Of a DNA stretch of 64,000 nt, positions 1 through 12,917 are shown one piece after another. A model generated the notes under the pieces. It saw only the letters and a program-made list of their open reading frames with translations. It had not been told where the DNA came from and searched no databases. Origin of the DNA: Setoptus koraiensis (Eukaryota; Animalia; Arthropoda). Position 1 is the first letter of the stretch. The number at the start of each line of letters is the position of its first letter. Both the position numbers and the translations under genes were made by a program. The stretch is from positions 17,980,001 to 18,044,000 of the forward strand of contig CM106585.1 of assembly GCA_048013815.1 (NCBI GenBank), in the 5' to 3' direction.

Positions 1-544
1 CGTCACCGTTGCTGCTGGCCGGCAACGTTGGTTGGCGAGAATTAAATTGGAGCAGCGGGCCAGCGGCACCAATTGAATTGGTTGGGCAATTCAGTGATCA
101 ATTGCGTCAGTTGTGGGGCCCGATTTGCGTCAATTGCGCCATTGCCATTGCAATCAATTGAAATAGTGCGCTAGTAACAACACGACAATAGTGGCGAGTA
201 TTGTGCCAGATTATGTAAGAGCTCGCTCGGTCGTTGTCGCAGCTCTCATTTGTCAATCAATCGGCAGCGCCGAAAAAAAAAATGATGATCAAATAATGAC
301 AAAAAATATGACACGATGATCATGACGACGACGCCCACCTGTACGGCCTCCGCCCGGCCGACGTTCGGGCCGGTGATGACGGGCACGACGACGCTGGCCC
401 GCAACGGGCTATCATACATTCAGGCCTTTTGTCGCTTGTCGCTCACGACGCGTCGCCCCTCCCGCTGGCTCGCACACTCATCATGCTGCCACCGGGTACC
501 GTCGTGCCGGCCATTGACGTACCGTAGCAGTGATAACAGCGCAA

Positions 545-672
545 AACGGATAACGGATAACGGATAACGGATAACGGATAACGGATAACGGATAACGGAT
601 AACGGATAACGGATAACGGATAACGGATAACGGATAATGGATAATGGATAACGGATAACGGACAACGGATAA
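545..672. repeat. Heptamer tandem repeat (AACGGAT)n, about 18 copies
   Basis: Directly visible. Two AATGGAT and one AACGGAC variant units; decays into a GC-richer TAGCGG-type derivative up to about 782. Confidence 0.95.
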
Positions 673-3212
673 CAGCGAGTTGTGGGCAACAACGAGCCAC
701 GGGCAGCGGGTAGCGGATAGCGACGAGTAGCGGATAGCGGCGAGCTGCGGGTAGCGGACAGCGACGGGTCGCGGGCAACGGACCCTTCCCCCCTGGAGCG
801 CCCCGAGAGCGAGTGTGAGCGAACGCGTTGACGGCAAACACTCGAAATCAAATTATTGTTGTCGCGCGAGAGTCGGGGGGGGGGCGCCACAGCGAATATG
901 ATTATTATTATTAGTGTTACTATTATTATCACTGTCATCATCATTGTTGTTGCATCGGAGTAGACGGTGCGCAGCGCCACTGACAAGTGGCTGCCGAAGC
1001 GTGACACATGGACAAACTTTTTTACTTGTAAACATTAGACACTGATTGTCCAATTTGGGGCCCGAGCTGCTGGCTTGCGCAACAGCCCGGGCTGCAGTGT
1101 CACTGTCAGTGACGAGCACACAGCGACACACATGGGCCGGTCGGAATGGGCGCCAGAATTAATCACACAATAATGGCAACATCAATTATTGCAGCATCCC
1201 GGCCTCAAGTTGTTGCTGTGTGCGTATCATTACCGTTACTTGCCGTTACTGTCTCTGGCGCGCCTGTCACTGGGACAACTGTCATTGGGACAACTGTCAC
1301 ATAGGGTCGCTAGTGGGGCCGTTGCTGCTGTTGGCTGGCGCGGCATTATTATGCCGTGTTCATTTGACGTGTCGGCCCGCGACAACAACGACAGCGACAA
1401 CAGCGACAACGGCGACAACAGCAACTGCGACAGCGGCACAAGCGACAACAACGACCATGTCCAAACTAATGACGCCTCTAATCTCTTTAGCTTAGTGGGC
1501 TTAGCTGGCTGGCTGGCCGGCCGGCCGGCCAGCCAATGGCATATGGACTAATGACGACCGCTAGTCGGCGCGCCGGCGATCAGCGATTCACGTTTCCATT
1601 CACCTGTGTGCTCCACTTGTCACTGGGCTCAGCTCCGGCTCGCTTAACTCCGTTCGGCTCAGCTGGCTGGCATTAGCCAGCGCGGGGCCCCCGGCTTAGC
1701 TATCTGACCGAGCCAGAGAAGCGAGAGAGAGAGAGAGAGGCGACTTGTGATTAGTGCAAATTAGCGGCAGTGGCGCCGGTAGCAGCGCTGCGCAACGACC
1801 AACTTGAGATGATCCAACGCTGAAGTGCCGATACAACGGGCGCTGCCGACATAACGGGGCGCCGAGATTTGAGTTTAGCCGATGGCTGATATCCTGGGAT
1901 GCAGATTTTTCAATGCCGACACACACACACAATTTGTGTGACTGCTCACATGCTGGCCTCTTCATTATGTCTATTTGGGGCCTTTTTCGATCGGGTCAAA
2001 GTCGCACAACACGCACAAATCAAGAGCATTATATCCCATCGAGTGCAGCACTATTTATAGCGACAAATGGCTTCGTCGGGCGCTTTTAGGTCGCGGATAA
2101 ACGGTCGCACTGCACTCACAGGTCACTCAGTCGGCTGTAACTGTTACGTTTGTTTGGTTTATGTGGGCGAACGTGGCCAGACAAACGTAACCAGCGTAAC
2201 CGTATTCTTCTAGAAGCCGCCGTCCAGTTGCACCGGGCTTCTAGAAGAATCTAAATCACTTCCGGTCTGCCTAATTGTCCGCCTGAAATTGTCGTCACGT
2301 TGGCTGCTAGTTGATCAATTGGCCGCTAGTCGGTCCATTGGCCGCTAGTTGTTGGCACTGGCCAGCGCAACTGATGCAACTAACGGCAGATAAATGACAG
2401 ATAGGCGCGAAAGGTCGCATCTTGCGTGACACATATTTGATCTCTGCCAGCCAATCATCATCATGTAACTCGATCACTTGATGATTATACGAATAAATCT
2501 GGCGCTTTCAGGCACCACGGGCATGCTTCGGCGAGTGTGACGTAGACCGTGCCTCACTACACAGTTTGCCGAGCTGGCAAAGTGGCGAAATTTGAGACCC
2601 CGTCCGCGGTCCGCGCCGCTCGGTCGCGCCGCTCGGTCGGTGCTCAGTTGGCCGGGCCGCCACAAATACAACACTCGATAACAATACTGCTGGTGAAGCG
2701 CAACACTAGAGATTAGTTTGTAGTAATTAATATATGGCCGTTAGCCGCCGCCGCCGCCGCTTAATGTTACCTATTTGGCGGGCCCGGCATTCAACAGCGC
2801 CACAGCCAAATAATGGCCCCGATAGCGAGCGGTAGCTATTGGGCGCCGACGGAAATGGTCGCATTATTCGCTTACTCGCTTATTGGCTCATTCACTGTAA
2901 CTAGCCAACAGATACACATGTTTTGTTGGGTGTGGGCAGAGTTGGCAGTTGCGTAACTTGACCCCGATCGGCGCGCACAACAACTGGCCACCGTTCTCGG
3001 GCTAAGCAGCTCGGAATCAGTCAAGACGGCCGACTGGCCGGGCCGGCTCAGTTGGCGCCCGACCGACCACTCATCCAATTTGTGCCGTTAGGTTGCCCTT
3101 AAGTGCGACCTAGAACTTGAGTCCATCTCAAGTTTGCTCCACATTTCGGCGGCAACACTAAAGCCGCTCCGCTGACACTATTCAGCTGACGCTCGCCTGA
3201 CACTCGCTACCT

Positions 3213-3290
3213 GGGACATGGCGACTTTTTGGGACAGAGCGACTTTTCGGGACATAGCGACTTTTCGGGACATAGCGACTTTTCGGGATA
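3213..3290. repeat. 18-bp minisatellite GGGACATAGCGACTTTTC, about 4.3 copies
   Basis: Units start at 3213, 3231, 3249 and 3267, with a partial unit at 3285. Confidence 0.9.
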
Positions 3291-4332
3291 CAACGGCATG
3301 TATACGCTGGCGCATTAACGGTTTCACCCGTTTCGCTGTCTCGTTTGACCGGCGGCGCCAGCAGCTAATACACCCACACTCATATGTATATATTTATATA
3401 TAAATATACATGAATACAGGCCGTGTCGGCGGCGGCGAATACATGTCACTGGAGTGAGAGTCTAAATTGAATATTCATGCTTCTGCCGCTAATGGATAAA
3501 TTGATTTCGCACATGCACAAACAAACGCAAACATATTGACAAGTGTCCAATGGCCGACTCCAACTCGATAGTATCGAGCGTCGATACACAAACGGCACAC
3601 GGAAATAGGGGGCGCCAACGTACACGAACACACTCACCCGAGCAGCTTCTTGGCCCCGACAAGAGAGGGACCCGAAAAGAGATAAATGTCGCTAACAGTC
3701 AAATGGCGAACATGTTCGGCCCGACGAGAACACTTGTCAGTTGCTTGTCACTAGTTCAACTAGTCTAGTTGTGACTGTGTGTCTCTCCACTGGCGAGTCG
3801 CCAGTGATAAAAAATATCAATTTACTTCTCGGAATGGAAATCGGTGTCGTGCGCCGCCGAAAACAAACAAGATCCGACAATTATCCGATGGCATAATTTG
3901 CAATTGCCGTCGGATGGTCGTGTCGCCGTGGCCACCGAAACAACAAATCGCTTTTTTTTCTGGCCATTCCAGCTTGGCCACTGGCCTCCGAGCGCCATCT
4001 CGCGCCCAAAAGCCCCGCAACTATTGTTGTCGAGCCACATTGTTGCCAAGTCGCCCCTCCTAATCCAATTTTCGCCAGTGTCGATGCATCGGAATTGAAT
4101 TGGAGAGAGCGGTGAAAAATTTCTACTCACCCATTTGCTTATGGTCATCACTGCCAGGTTGGCTCCCATCGGGCCCTCTATCATGGTATCTGGGGCGCAT
4201 TGTGCAAGGCGGATAAATGAATATGTAGAAAATGTTGTAATATGAGCGTGTTTGTCATTGTTTGCACACCACTCCAGTCTACAATATGTAATATGACGCA
4301 TGCATGGTCGCATATCATGGCCCCATGTAATA

Positions 4333-7300
4333 CTAACCGTATTTTGAGGTCAATTCCGATATCTTGGCGTCGCTCAAATAGATTGGATTTATTTTAACAA
4401 CGACATTCTGCCTATTATTCAATCCTATATCCACGATGGTGCCCCTGGGCAAATCTAAAGCAATCTCCAGCAAATCGCTCATACGTCTGCGTTGTAATTG
4501 ATTGGTGGCCTCATCCATTGCCGACGGATATGTGCTGGCTGCCGCAGCCGCCGCCGCCGCCGCTGCCAATGTTGGCTGGTAGTCGCTAGTGGTCGATACA
4601 AGGCCGCCCATTGGTGATTGCATCATCGCTGGTGGATATGACAAAATGTTTGAGTTTGTGTCCAATGTTTGCTGTTTGCTGTCTGCTGCGCTCAACATGG
4701 ATACTTGCGCCGGCAAAAAAGGATAAATGGGTATGAGATTGGAGCCGGCGGCCGACGAGGCCGCGTTGAAGACCATGGGAGACATGGGAAAGGCGTACCG
4801 CAGATTGGGTTGAATTGCCTGAAATTGGCCCCGATCCGGTGCACTGTCGCCGGTGTTGTCGCCCGTGTTGTCGCCCAATGTTTGCTGGCTAATAAATGGC
4901 AGCGAGCTCGGCCCCGAAATGGACCGTCTGTATTGCAGCACCGACACCAATGGCTTCTCTTGCGGCTGCTGTTGCTGCTGGAAAGATCTTCTCCACTTGA
5001 GCCGCTCGCTGCTCGGCTGTCGCTGGCGGGCCTCAACAAACGAGGCCAAATCGAGCATTGGATGGTGCCACGTTTGTGGCTGTCCGCCGTCACTGTTGCT
5101 CTGATGCGGCTTGCCCGGCGCGGATTGTGCATAGTAGTTGTTGTCGGGGCCACTGTCTGTCGATTGCACAATCGTGGACCGTTTTCGGGGCGACACGCTC
5201 GTTGTGCGTATTCTCGCCAAATCCGCATCAATATCCTCCAAATTATCCAATTGTTGCTCGTCGTTTTGCTCGCCCAATTCCAGATCGCTGGCCCCCAGCG
5301 GACCGATCAAATGATCCGACGGCGACGCAATTCTGCCCGGTTCATCGCGCCACCTTTTTCGCTCTTTATCATAGCTGAGTCCCTCATCCAGTTGCTGCTG
5401 ATAATTGTCGTTTGAGTTTTCGTCGCTCAGCCGCTGACTGCGATTGTATTCGTCTGCTATCGCCTTCGGGCGCGTGATTATCGGATTGACAATAGTCGCT
5501 GACTCGTCGTCTGCCTCCAGTTGATCTGGTGATTTCAGTTGCACACAAACAGGGAGAAGATGCGCGAGAGCGTCAGCATGACATAAAATTCAACTCATAA
5601 AATTCAAAAGATTCAATCAAATTGCCAGGCGCGGGTGGGCGTTTAAAATTGGAAAAAATTAAAAAAAAATGAAAAAAATTGAAAAAAAAAAATTTCTTTT
5701 GCACAGAAAAATAAACTGCCCGCCCAAGCAACGTTGAGTAACGCGGTTTCGGCTCACCTTGCTCGTCGTCGCGCAACGGGATCACGGGCCGCCCGAACGG
5801 CCTCGCCCTGGCCCTCAGCGCCGGCCCGCCGTGGCTGTCTCTTTTTTCCTCGCCTGATTGTTTCATTTCGCCCGCCAATTGGTCGGCCATCACCTCAAGT
5901 AGCAGCAGATTGTCAGCAGTGCTCTGATCATCTTCGCCAATATCGTCGCCATTATTATCATCGTCTCCCTGTCGACCATCGAAAAGTGCGGGTATTTCCG
6001 GTGCGGTTTTCCGATCGGAGCCAAGCGACTGTTGTTGTTGTTGCTGCTGCTGTTGTTGTCGGCGATCATGAATGTAATTGCTTCTCCCGTCTGTCGTGTC
6101 GCTGCTGTCAATGAGCTGCTGCTGCTGACGCAATTGACTGAATGCCCAATCGCCTTGGTCGCGTCTCCGCATCGGCTGCTGTCGCTGTCCGGGCGCCGGC
6201 TCCAACGCTCTGTCCCTGTTGAGGCGCCTCCGCTGAATCCACACCTGAGCGTCGCCACGTCCGTTTGCAAGCCGATTTGCGCCGGCCATTAATTGGCCAT
6301 CGACAGCGTAGCTGTCTAGCGAGTCGTCACTGTCACTGCGCGGCGGCACAAACATCTCATCAAGTTTCTCCTCAATTGCCTGATCTGTGGCCAGGTCCAC
6401 TTCCGGTTCGTCTTTGGCAGCCGGCTTGTGTGCGCCGTCGTCGTCGTCGCCGTCGCCCCCTTCGTACACCATGGCGTTGTTTCCGATAGGTGGCTTGTAG
6501 GCGCCATCCAAATCGGCCCTCGCAATCAATTCGTCGTAGCTCTTATCAAACAAACCATTATTTTCGTTGCCGTTAGTGGCGGCGCTGCCGGCCGAGCTTG
6601 CATCCAACTCGACCAGCAACTGACCGCCGGTATCGTCGTTGCTATTGTCCACTTGCATGAGTCCATCACTGAGCCAGATTGGCGCGGGTTTTTTGGGCCT
6701 CTTGGCAGGATCGACTCGTGGCGCCGCCGCCTTCTTGCTCAGACTTTGCCGGGCGTTTTCCAACAACAATAGCCGCTGCTGTTCTAGCCACTGTTTCAAT
6801 TCGTCGGCAATCACCTCTCTGAGATCGTCCACACTAATTAGATCGCTTATGTTCACTTGATTATCTTTTGCGCCCACCGGCTCAGATCTCATGTTCACCT
6901 GACCCACCACGACATCGGGCTCGGCTTGTCGCTTCCGGCGGCGCGACACGAGCGCCTGGTTGAGGTAGCGCGCGTTGATCTTTTTCAATTGTTGCCCGTC
7001 GTTGTCGCTGTTGTCGTCGTCGTCAGTGTTCCGCCGCTTGCCGGACTCGTTGTCGGCCGGCTGGCGCCGCTGCACTGTAATCGTCTGATCGTCGGCGCTA
7101 GCCACAAATGGATAATTGTCGCCCGTGGCCGCTGTGTCCGTCTGTTTATCCGTTTCGCTGTCATCACTGTCCAATTTATCGTATCGCTTGTCGTAATCGC
7201 CCAAAGCGGGCTTGTTCTCCAAGTATTCACCATTTAATTGTTGTTCAGCAGTTGTGTCCCTCTTTTCCACCATTATCACTCGATGACGAGGCTTGGCCCC

Positions 7301-7834
7301 ATCCGCACCGCTCAACTGGGCCCCCTGAGCGGCCTGGCGCACACTGTTGGCGCCAACAGCGCCGCCAACGGCAGCCGGAGCGGCCTCTAGTAGCCCAGAT
7401 GACAAGTGGAGGGCCAGAGCGGCCCATATTGCCAGACTTCTGGCCAGCCACCAGAAGGCCCAATATTTGACGCCATGCCGGGGGGTTATCTTGCTGGCGT
7501 GATCGGTGTGCTGTTTCTGTTTCAACTGACCAGACACTGCGGTCTTGGCGGTGTTAAATGGGCCGTTGTCGTGCTGTTGTTGCTTGTTCTTGTTGGTGCC
7601 AATGGTGCCGTATTTGTTGGTGTTATTGGACAATTTTCGCGTCAATCTAATTTTGTCTTCTGATTGTTTTTTCGCATCATACGCTATATCCCTTTCTATT
7701 CGTTTGCGTTGTTGGCTGCTGGTCGCTATGTCGCGCGCCGCAACAACCGCCGACTGTCCGGCCTGAAGGTGGCCGTCGCGCTCAAACGGATTGCAGTAGT
7801 CGTGATGTTTTTGATCGAGTGGCGTTGATGTCAT
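4333..7834 (-). CDS. Large acidic, low-complexity secretory-pathway precursor-like protein (granin/prohormone-like, possibly an IA-2/PTPRN-type luminal region); at least 2 exons, 3' end uncertain
   Basis: ORFs 5573-7834 and 4333-5544 join in frame through a GT-AG intron 5757-5526 (CAAG|GTGAGC ... CCAG|AT). Hydrophobic segment WAFWWLARSLAIWAALALHLSSGLLEA. Many KR/RR sites (EKRD, DKRY, GKRR, RRRKR). The ORF end (TACG|GTTAGT) looks like another splice donor. Confidence 0.6.
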
Positions 7835-9400
7835 GTTGATGTTGGCTTTTTATCGTTAATTTTCTATAAAAATTGTGATTGTTGTTGTTGTTGCTGTTGT
7901 TGCTGTTGCTGTTGCTATCTGCACCCATGTCTCCCACGAGAATGAGAACAAATTATGACCGATGATTATTTCATTAATTTATTCTTGACCCCTGCTGAAT
8001 ATTAAATTAAATGGCTGCACCATATATTACCGGATATCTTGCTCAGATTATCGTTGACCGGTGCCCAAATTGGTCCGCACCGCCTTGCACAGCCGTCCGG
8101 CGCACACACACACGCCCACACCTGTCAAGATTTTGCACCTATTAATTAACTAATTAGGGTGTACATGCACTAATTATCATTCGCTGTTGTTCGGCGGTGT
8201 CTTTTCTACATTAATGGTTATATTATTTAAATCAGTTTCGCTGGGTCGCTCGCTCACTCACAGTCTAACAAATAATAAGCTGATAATAATGGCTTGCAAG
8301 CTGCTAATGGTTACATATGGTTGTTGTTGCCCGCACTGAAGGCCACTTGCAATTGTTGTGGCTCGTGGTGCAAACGGTGCACACGCTGCTGCAGATGGTA
8401 TAATTGGTGCAAACGCTGGGGCCTCGTGGCACCTTATTAGTGTGCAGCTAGCCTAATATTGAATTATACGGTCTGTGTGTGCGTGTGTGTGTGTGTGTGT
8501 GTGTGCTGCTGCGTCAGTGTCGGTGTATGATTTGCGCCGCCAGACGGCCAAAACAATGTTGAAAATTATATTCGCTCACCTGTCGCCGTCGTCGCCAGAA
8601 AGTGTGTGGTTGTTGTTTGCGCTCAGAAATAATCCAGTGCGCGCAACGTTATTCTTAGTGGAGTCGGCCCGTTATTTGCCGTTTAGCTAGCGGGCTCCGC
8701 TTCTATCTACTGGGCGCCCTATCTTGTTCTGTACACACACAGATTAATATAAGTTTTTGCACAGAATTCGCAAGAGAAATTCCAAGTATATGCGTCCCCC
8801 TTTGCCTCTCAATAGTGCAAGTGTGCCACCTAGGCGAAACTAGCTCACTTGCCATTACTCGGCCCCCGGCTCTGCGAGATAGAGGTGCATGTTCGCGTTT
8901 GTCTGTGCGTCTGTGCGTGTGTGTGTGTGTGTCTGCACTATATGAGGGCTCGACATTTCTCCATATAGCACAGCCACCCACAAAATTAGCACACATAGCG
9001 ACGAGCTAGCACACACACACACACAGCCACTAGCTGGCACACAACGAGTCGCGAACGGACCTATGCGCAGCTCGCCTCTAGGCGGCCAGAAGCGCCAGTG
9101 GAGTTGTGCCCACGCCATTGGGTTGAACTTGAAATCGAGTAGCAGTAACACAGACACACGGGCATGTGCGTGTGTGTGCGCTGAGGGGCTCGGGATTAAA
9201 ATTAGAGGTAGAGGATTATATTGGGGCCCCGGCGGACGCACTATCATCGCACTGCGACACACACGCAGCAATGATATCATCGAGGCGCCGAGGGTTTGGC
9301 TAGCTTGCCAGCAATATTATATTATTATTCGTAGTAGTGATCGTCAGCGTGTCGAGCAAGCGAAGCGACGTACATAATTGTAGTCTTGGTATGTGTATGG

Positions 9401-9460
9401 GTGTGTGTGTGTGTGTGCGTGTGTGTGTGTGCGTGTGTGTGTGTGAGAGTGAGTGCATGT

Positions 9461-9512
<52 letters not shown>
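9401..9512. repeat. (GT)n microsatellite
   Basis: About 110 bp of near-perfect GT repeat. Other GT/CA, CAA and GA microsatellites are scattered through 1-10 kb and 40-43 kb. Confidence 0.95.
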
Positions 9513-9515
<3 letters not shown>

Positions 9516-11361
9516 CCATTAAATGGGAAGAGTCACGGAATCAACACTGTTCGCAAGTGGCCAACAACAGCAGCAACAACAACAACAACAACAACAAGCC
9601 GAAAAACAATTCGGGCCCCAACATATGGCGCGCAAGCTGATAACGGAACTGAAACTGTTGGCCATTCTTGGGGCTTCTTTTCGACATGCCAGCCATGATG
9701 AATAACATACATTGTTGCAGCACTACCGCAAACCAACTTGTGTTTGGTAGTTACATGAAAACAACAACACCAACAACAACCATAACAAGAGACGTGCTTT
9801 CTTCTATCCAAATTGCTCATTGAAACTTCTCTCTTTCTCTCTCGATCTGGATACATGGAGGTCAACATACATCCAAATAGACATATTGTCACTTGTGTCA
9901 AGACGAACACACCACAACATGCTTGGCAGATGTTGAATGAATACGATACATTATTTTGATTTTTCTGTTTGCTAGCCCACATTCTTTGCATGCAAACCAG
10001 TCCAGCGAATCACCATTATGCGGGCCTCTTCTCGAACTGCTATTTTTGTCTCAGAGAGTCCTGCGCTGCAAATATACACTCGGTGCTAATTTAATTGGCC
10101 TATTAGCGAGACCAAACTACACTAACTAGCAATGCAAATCGAGCCCTGATTTGAATTGTTCACCATGCAGTGATCAGATTGAAATAATTGCATACTCAAC
10201 CAAAAAAAAACTAGGTGCAAAAAACTGAACTCATACAATTTAATTAACTCGCCCAAGGGCAACGACAACTTCGATGGCACCGGAACGTCAATTCATTCAT
10301 GCGCCAATAGCAGTCGCCCGCCTTCTTCGAAATTATTCTGCTGCCGATACTTTTCCCTAGTTTTGTGCTGCGAAATACCGGTATTTAGACTGCATGAAAT
10401 TTCAGGACGCTTCATCCTCAATAACTCCCTCGAGATATATTTATAGATTGTGCTTAGGTGTGATATACTGAGGGGAGTTATTTGCGCAGACGATGTTTTC
10501 TTTCTGTGCTTCATAAGATAAGGGAAACCAACAAAAAACAAACAAGAATTGATTTCTATGATTTCTTGGTAAAAAAATCTCGATATTTGAAAAGAAAAAC
10601 TTCCTCCTTTCAGACGTGATTCAGATGTGTATTCCAAGAACACAGCAAGATACAGATCAGAGTTTCGTGAAAGTCTAATACACGTCTATGACTCAAATAA
10701 AAAATCCAATTCATGGGCGAATATGAACATTGTTCTTACAAATTAATTTTCTTACCTTTTATTGGGTTGGGGTGTTCAGTGAGTGGTGAGTTAAAAGTTT
10801 TTCTTGTTGAGCCATTTTCTTCGAGATTTCTCCGACTGCTCACTCTAAGTTGTGAATAATTATTGTATGCATTCGTGGGTGCCAATTTCGAGTTGAAGAT
10901 ATCGAGAGAATCTCATAACTTAGTGGACACACTAATATTGGGCAAATCTTTCGCTCTTGTGGCTCACCGTTGCGAAAAACTTAGATTGTTAAAGTCTTGT
11001 GAAACTCAGCAAAGTATTCACTAATCATTGGCGATTCATTCATAAATTTGGATATTTCTCTCATTGTGAAATAAAGATTGACAATGAATCTATGCTGTTG
11101 TATCTCGAGCCCGCCAATAATGACTTTCAGATAATGTTCTGGAATTTGACGATCTGGTGGTCGTCTCATTGTTTTCGTGAAAATTATGAACATATCTATA
11201 TATAGATGTATAGAACATGAAAACTACCCAGAAATAGAAACCTTTGATTATGGTCCGGGTATAAATCGATTATGTTTAAACTATCTTGAATATATTATGT
11301 CGCAATGAATTTGATAAAAAAATATCCAGTTGAGAGATTTCAATCATCTTATCGTTGCAAC

Positions 11362-12917
11362 ATGATTTCCACGGGGCCCACTTTGTTGGCAGCGCTGTTG
11401 CTGCTAGTCTGTAGTAACTTGGCTAGTTTTGCTGAAAACTACAATTATCCGACAAAACCGAGCCTGGGCCATCTACAACGATTGCCAGAAGACATTGGAA
11501 AAAATTGGTACTCGAAATATTTCGAGACATACAGAGAGCCAGAAATCGCTCAAGCAGAAGACAGAACAAATTTGAAACCGACTGAAGATAATTGGCACAA
11601 ATATTCGCCAACAAGCGACTATTGTTTCAGTTTTCTGAAAAAATTCATTGATCGAAGTTCAATGAAATGATCAAATTATTCAGTTAGATGCCTGTTTGGG
11701 TTACCTCTACGATAATCATGAGAACAGATGGACTGACCGAGCAAGCACTGAGGCAAACGAGACACTTGAAAATCTCGTCAATGATGAAAACTTGAAAAAA
11801 AATTTATCAGGGAACCAAATTAGAGACACTGGATTCGAAAGGGGTTCAATTTCTGAAGAATTTTTTCGAATACGCTCTCGAGCAGTCACGATATGGTAAA
11901 ACAGAGAGCTGTGAGCAAACGACTTGGATCAAACTGGTTGAGCTGTATGCTGACGGCCAACAGTTGCTTGATGATCCAAATGAGGATACCTACGTGGATT
12001 TGTTGTCGGGTGGTGCAAAACGTTTTGGACGCAAGTGCTTCAGAGAATTGGCAGAGTTGTACTCGAGAGAGATGCGATTTGAAAAGTTTGATAATAGTGC
12101 CGTGATCAAAATCAAGAACCTAGCCCCGTCGCTGGCCTATAGGCAGATGATGGAAAAGCACTGGCCCAAGGAGTAACTGAAAGTCTTTCAAATATCTCTG
12201 GGCGTATCCGATTCGAGTGCTGTAGATCTTGATAAAGTGCAATCGCTTGCATATTATACGAAAAAAAATCATCATCATCATTTGATGCACAAGTTGGAGG
12301 CCTGTGCCAATAAGAAGCTCAAGAATCCAATTAATATGACTCAGTTCGAAGCGAACACCGCTTATACCAAACGAAAAGACGATCTCTGTCAACGGTACAT
12401 TAGTCAATCTATGGAGACATGGATAAAATTGGCGAGTTATCCGGAGTTTTTCGGCGACTTGGAGTGGATTTTATTTGGAAGTGATGAAAAGATCAGAACA
12501 ATGTACCTGGCCACTTTCTTGTGCCGTTACATCGACCAGACCTTTGCTATACACGTAGACGATGTGTACGGCGTAGGTTTATCGCTGGGCCCCAGACAAG
12601 ATTTGAAAATCTGGCCAATGATGCCACCAATTCATCAACTTGTGCCCTGTCGAGAAATCGGTATAGCGATAACAATCGGCAGATGGTTTGATGTGCGTCT
12701 AGACAGGAGCTCGATAACTGAAAACGCTTTCACTCGATTCGTTGATAGAAATATCCAAATAAATAGCAGATATTGTGTATCTGCTATTTATTGCAGGTAT
12801 ATTGTACCCCCAATACATAGATACATGGATATGTGTAGCATCCTTGCAAGGCTTCACAATTCGCTCATGAACTTGGATACTCTCTCCGGTTGTGAGATGG
12901 CTAATATCGTCCATTGA
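11362..12917 (+). pseudogene. Intronless secreted orphan protein of about 518 codons, disrupted by two +1 frameshifts and one in-frame stop (pseudogene, or partly sequencing error)
   Basis: Signal peptide MISTGPTLLAALLLLVCSNLASFA. The frame shifts +1 at AAA 11665-11667 and again at A8 11795-11802. TAA at 12174-12176 is in frame with ORF 12237-12917, and no other stop lies between them. Confidence 0.65.

Noticed and set aside
420-1007. Three overlapping minus-strand ORFs with YPLSVIR repeats
   Set aside because: They are produced by the stop-free 7-bp repeat, which gives the same peptide in all three frames. There is no evidence of coding.
1350-1465. Minus-strand frame MVVVVACAAVAVAVVAVV...GRHVK as a possible TM exon of an IA-2-like gene
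   Set aside because: It arises from a GAC/AAC low-complexity repeat, ends in a stop, and has no convincing splice sites.
3213-3290. CRISPR-like array (also considered for 15321-15426)
   Set aside because: Contiguous repeats with no unique spacers, a eukaryotic context, and no cas genes.
4669-7766. Many plus-strand ORFs opposite the large precursor gene (similar shadows occur opposite XBP1, DARS1, the Gly-rich gene and the SLC22 copies)
   Set aside because: Antisense shadows of GC-rich or codon-biased real CDSs, with no independent features.
9325-9698. Poly-HT and poly-VC ORFs
   Set aside because: They are translations of the (GT)n microsatellite.
10293-10720. Possible DNA-transposon relic or 116-aa ORF
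   Set aside because: No TIR, TSD or recognisable domain could be established.
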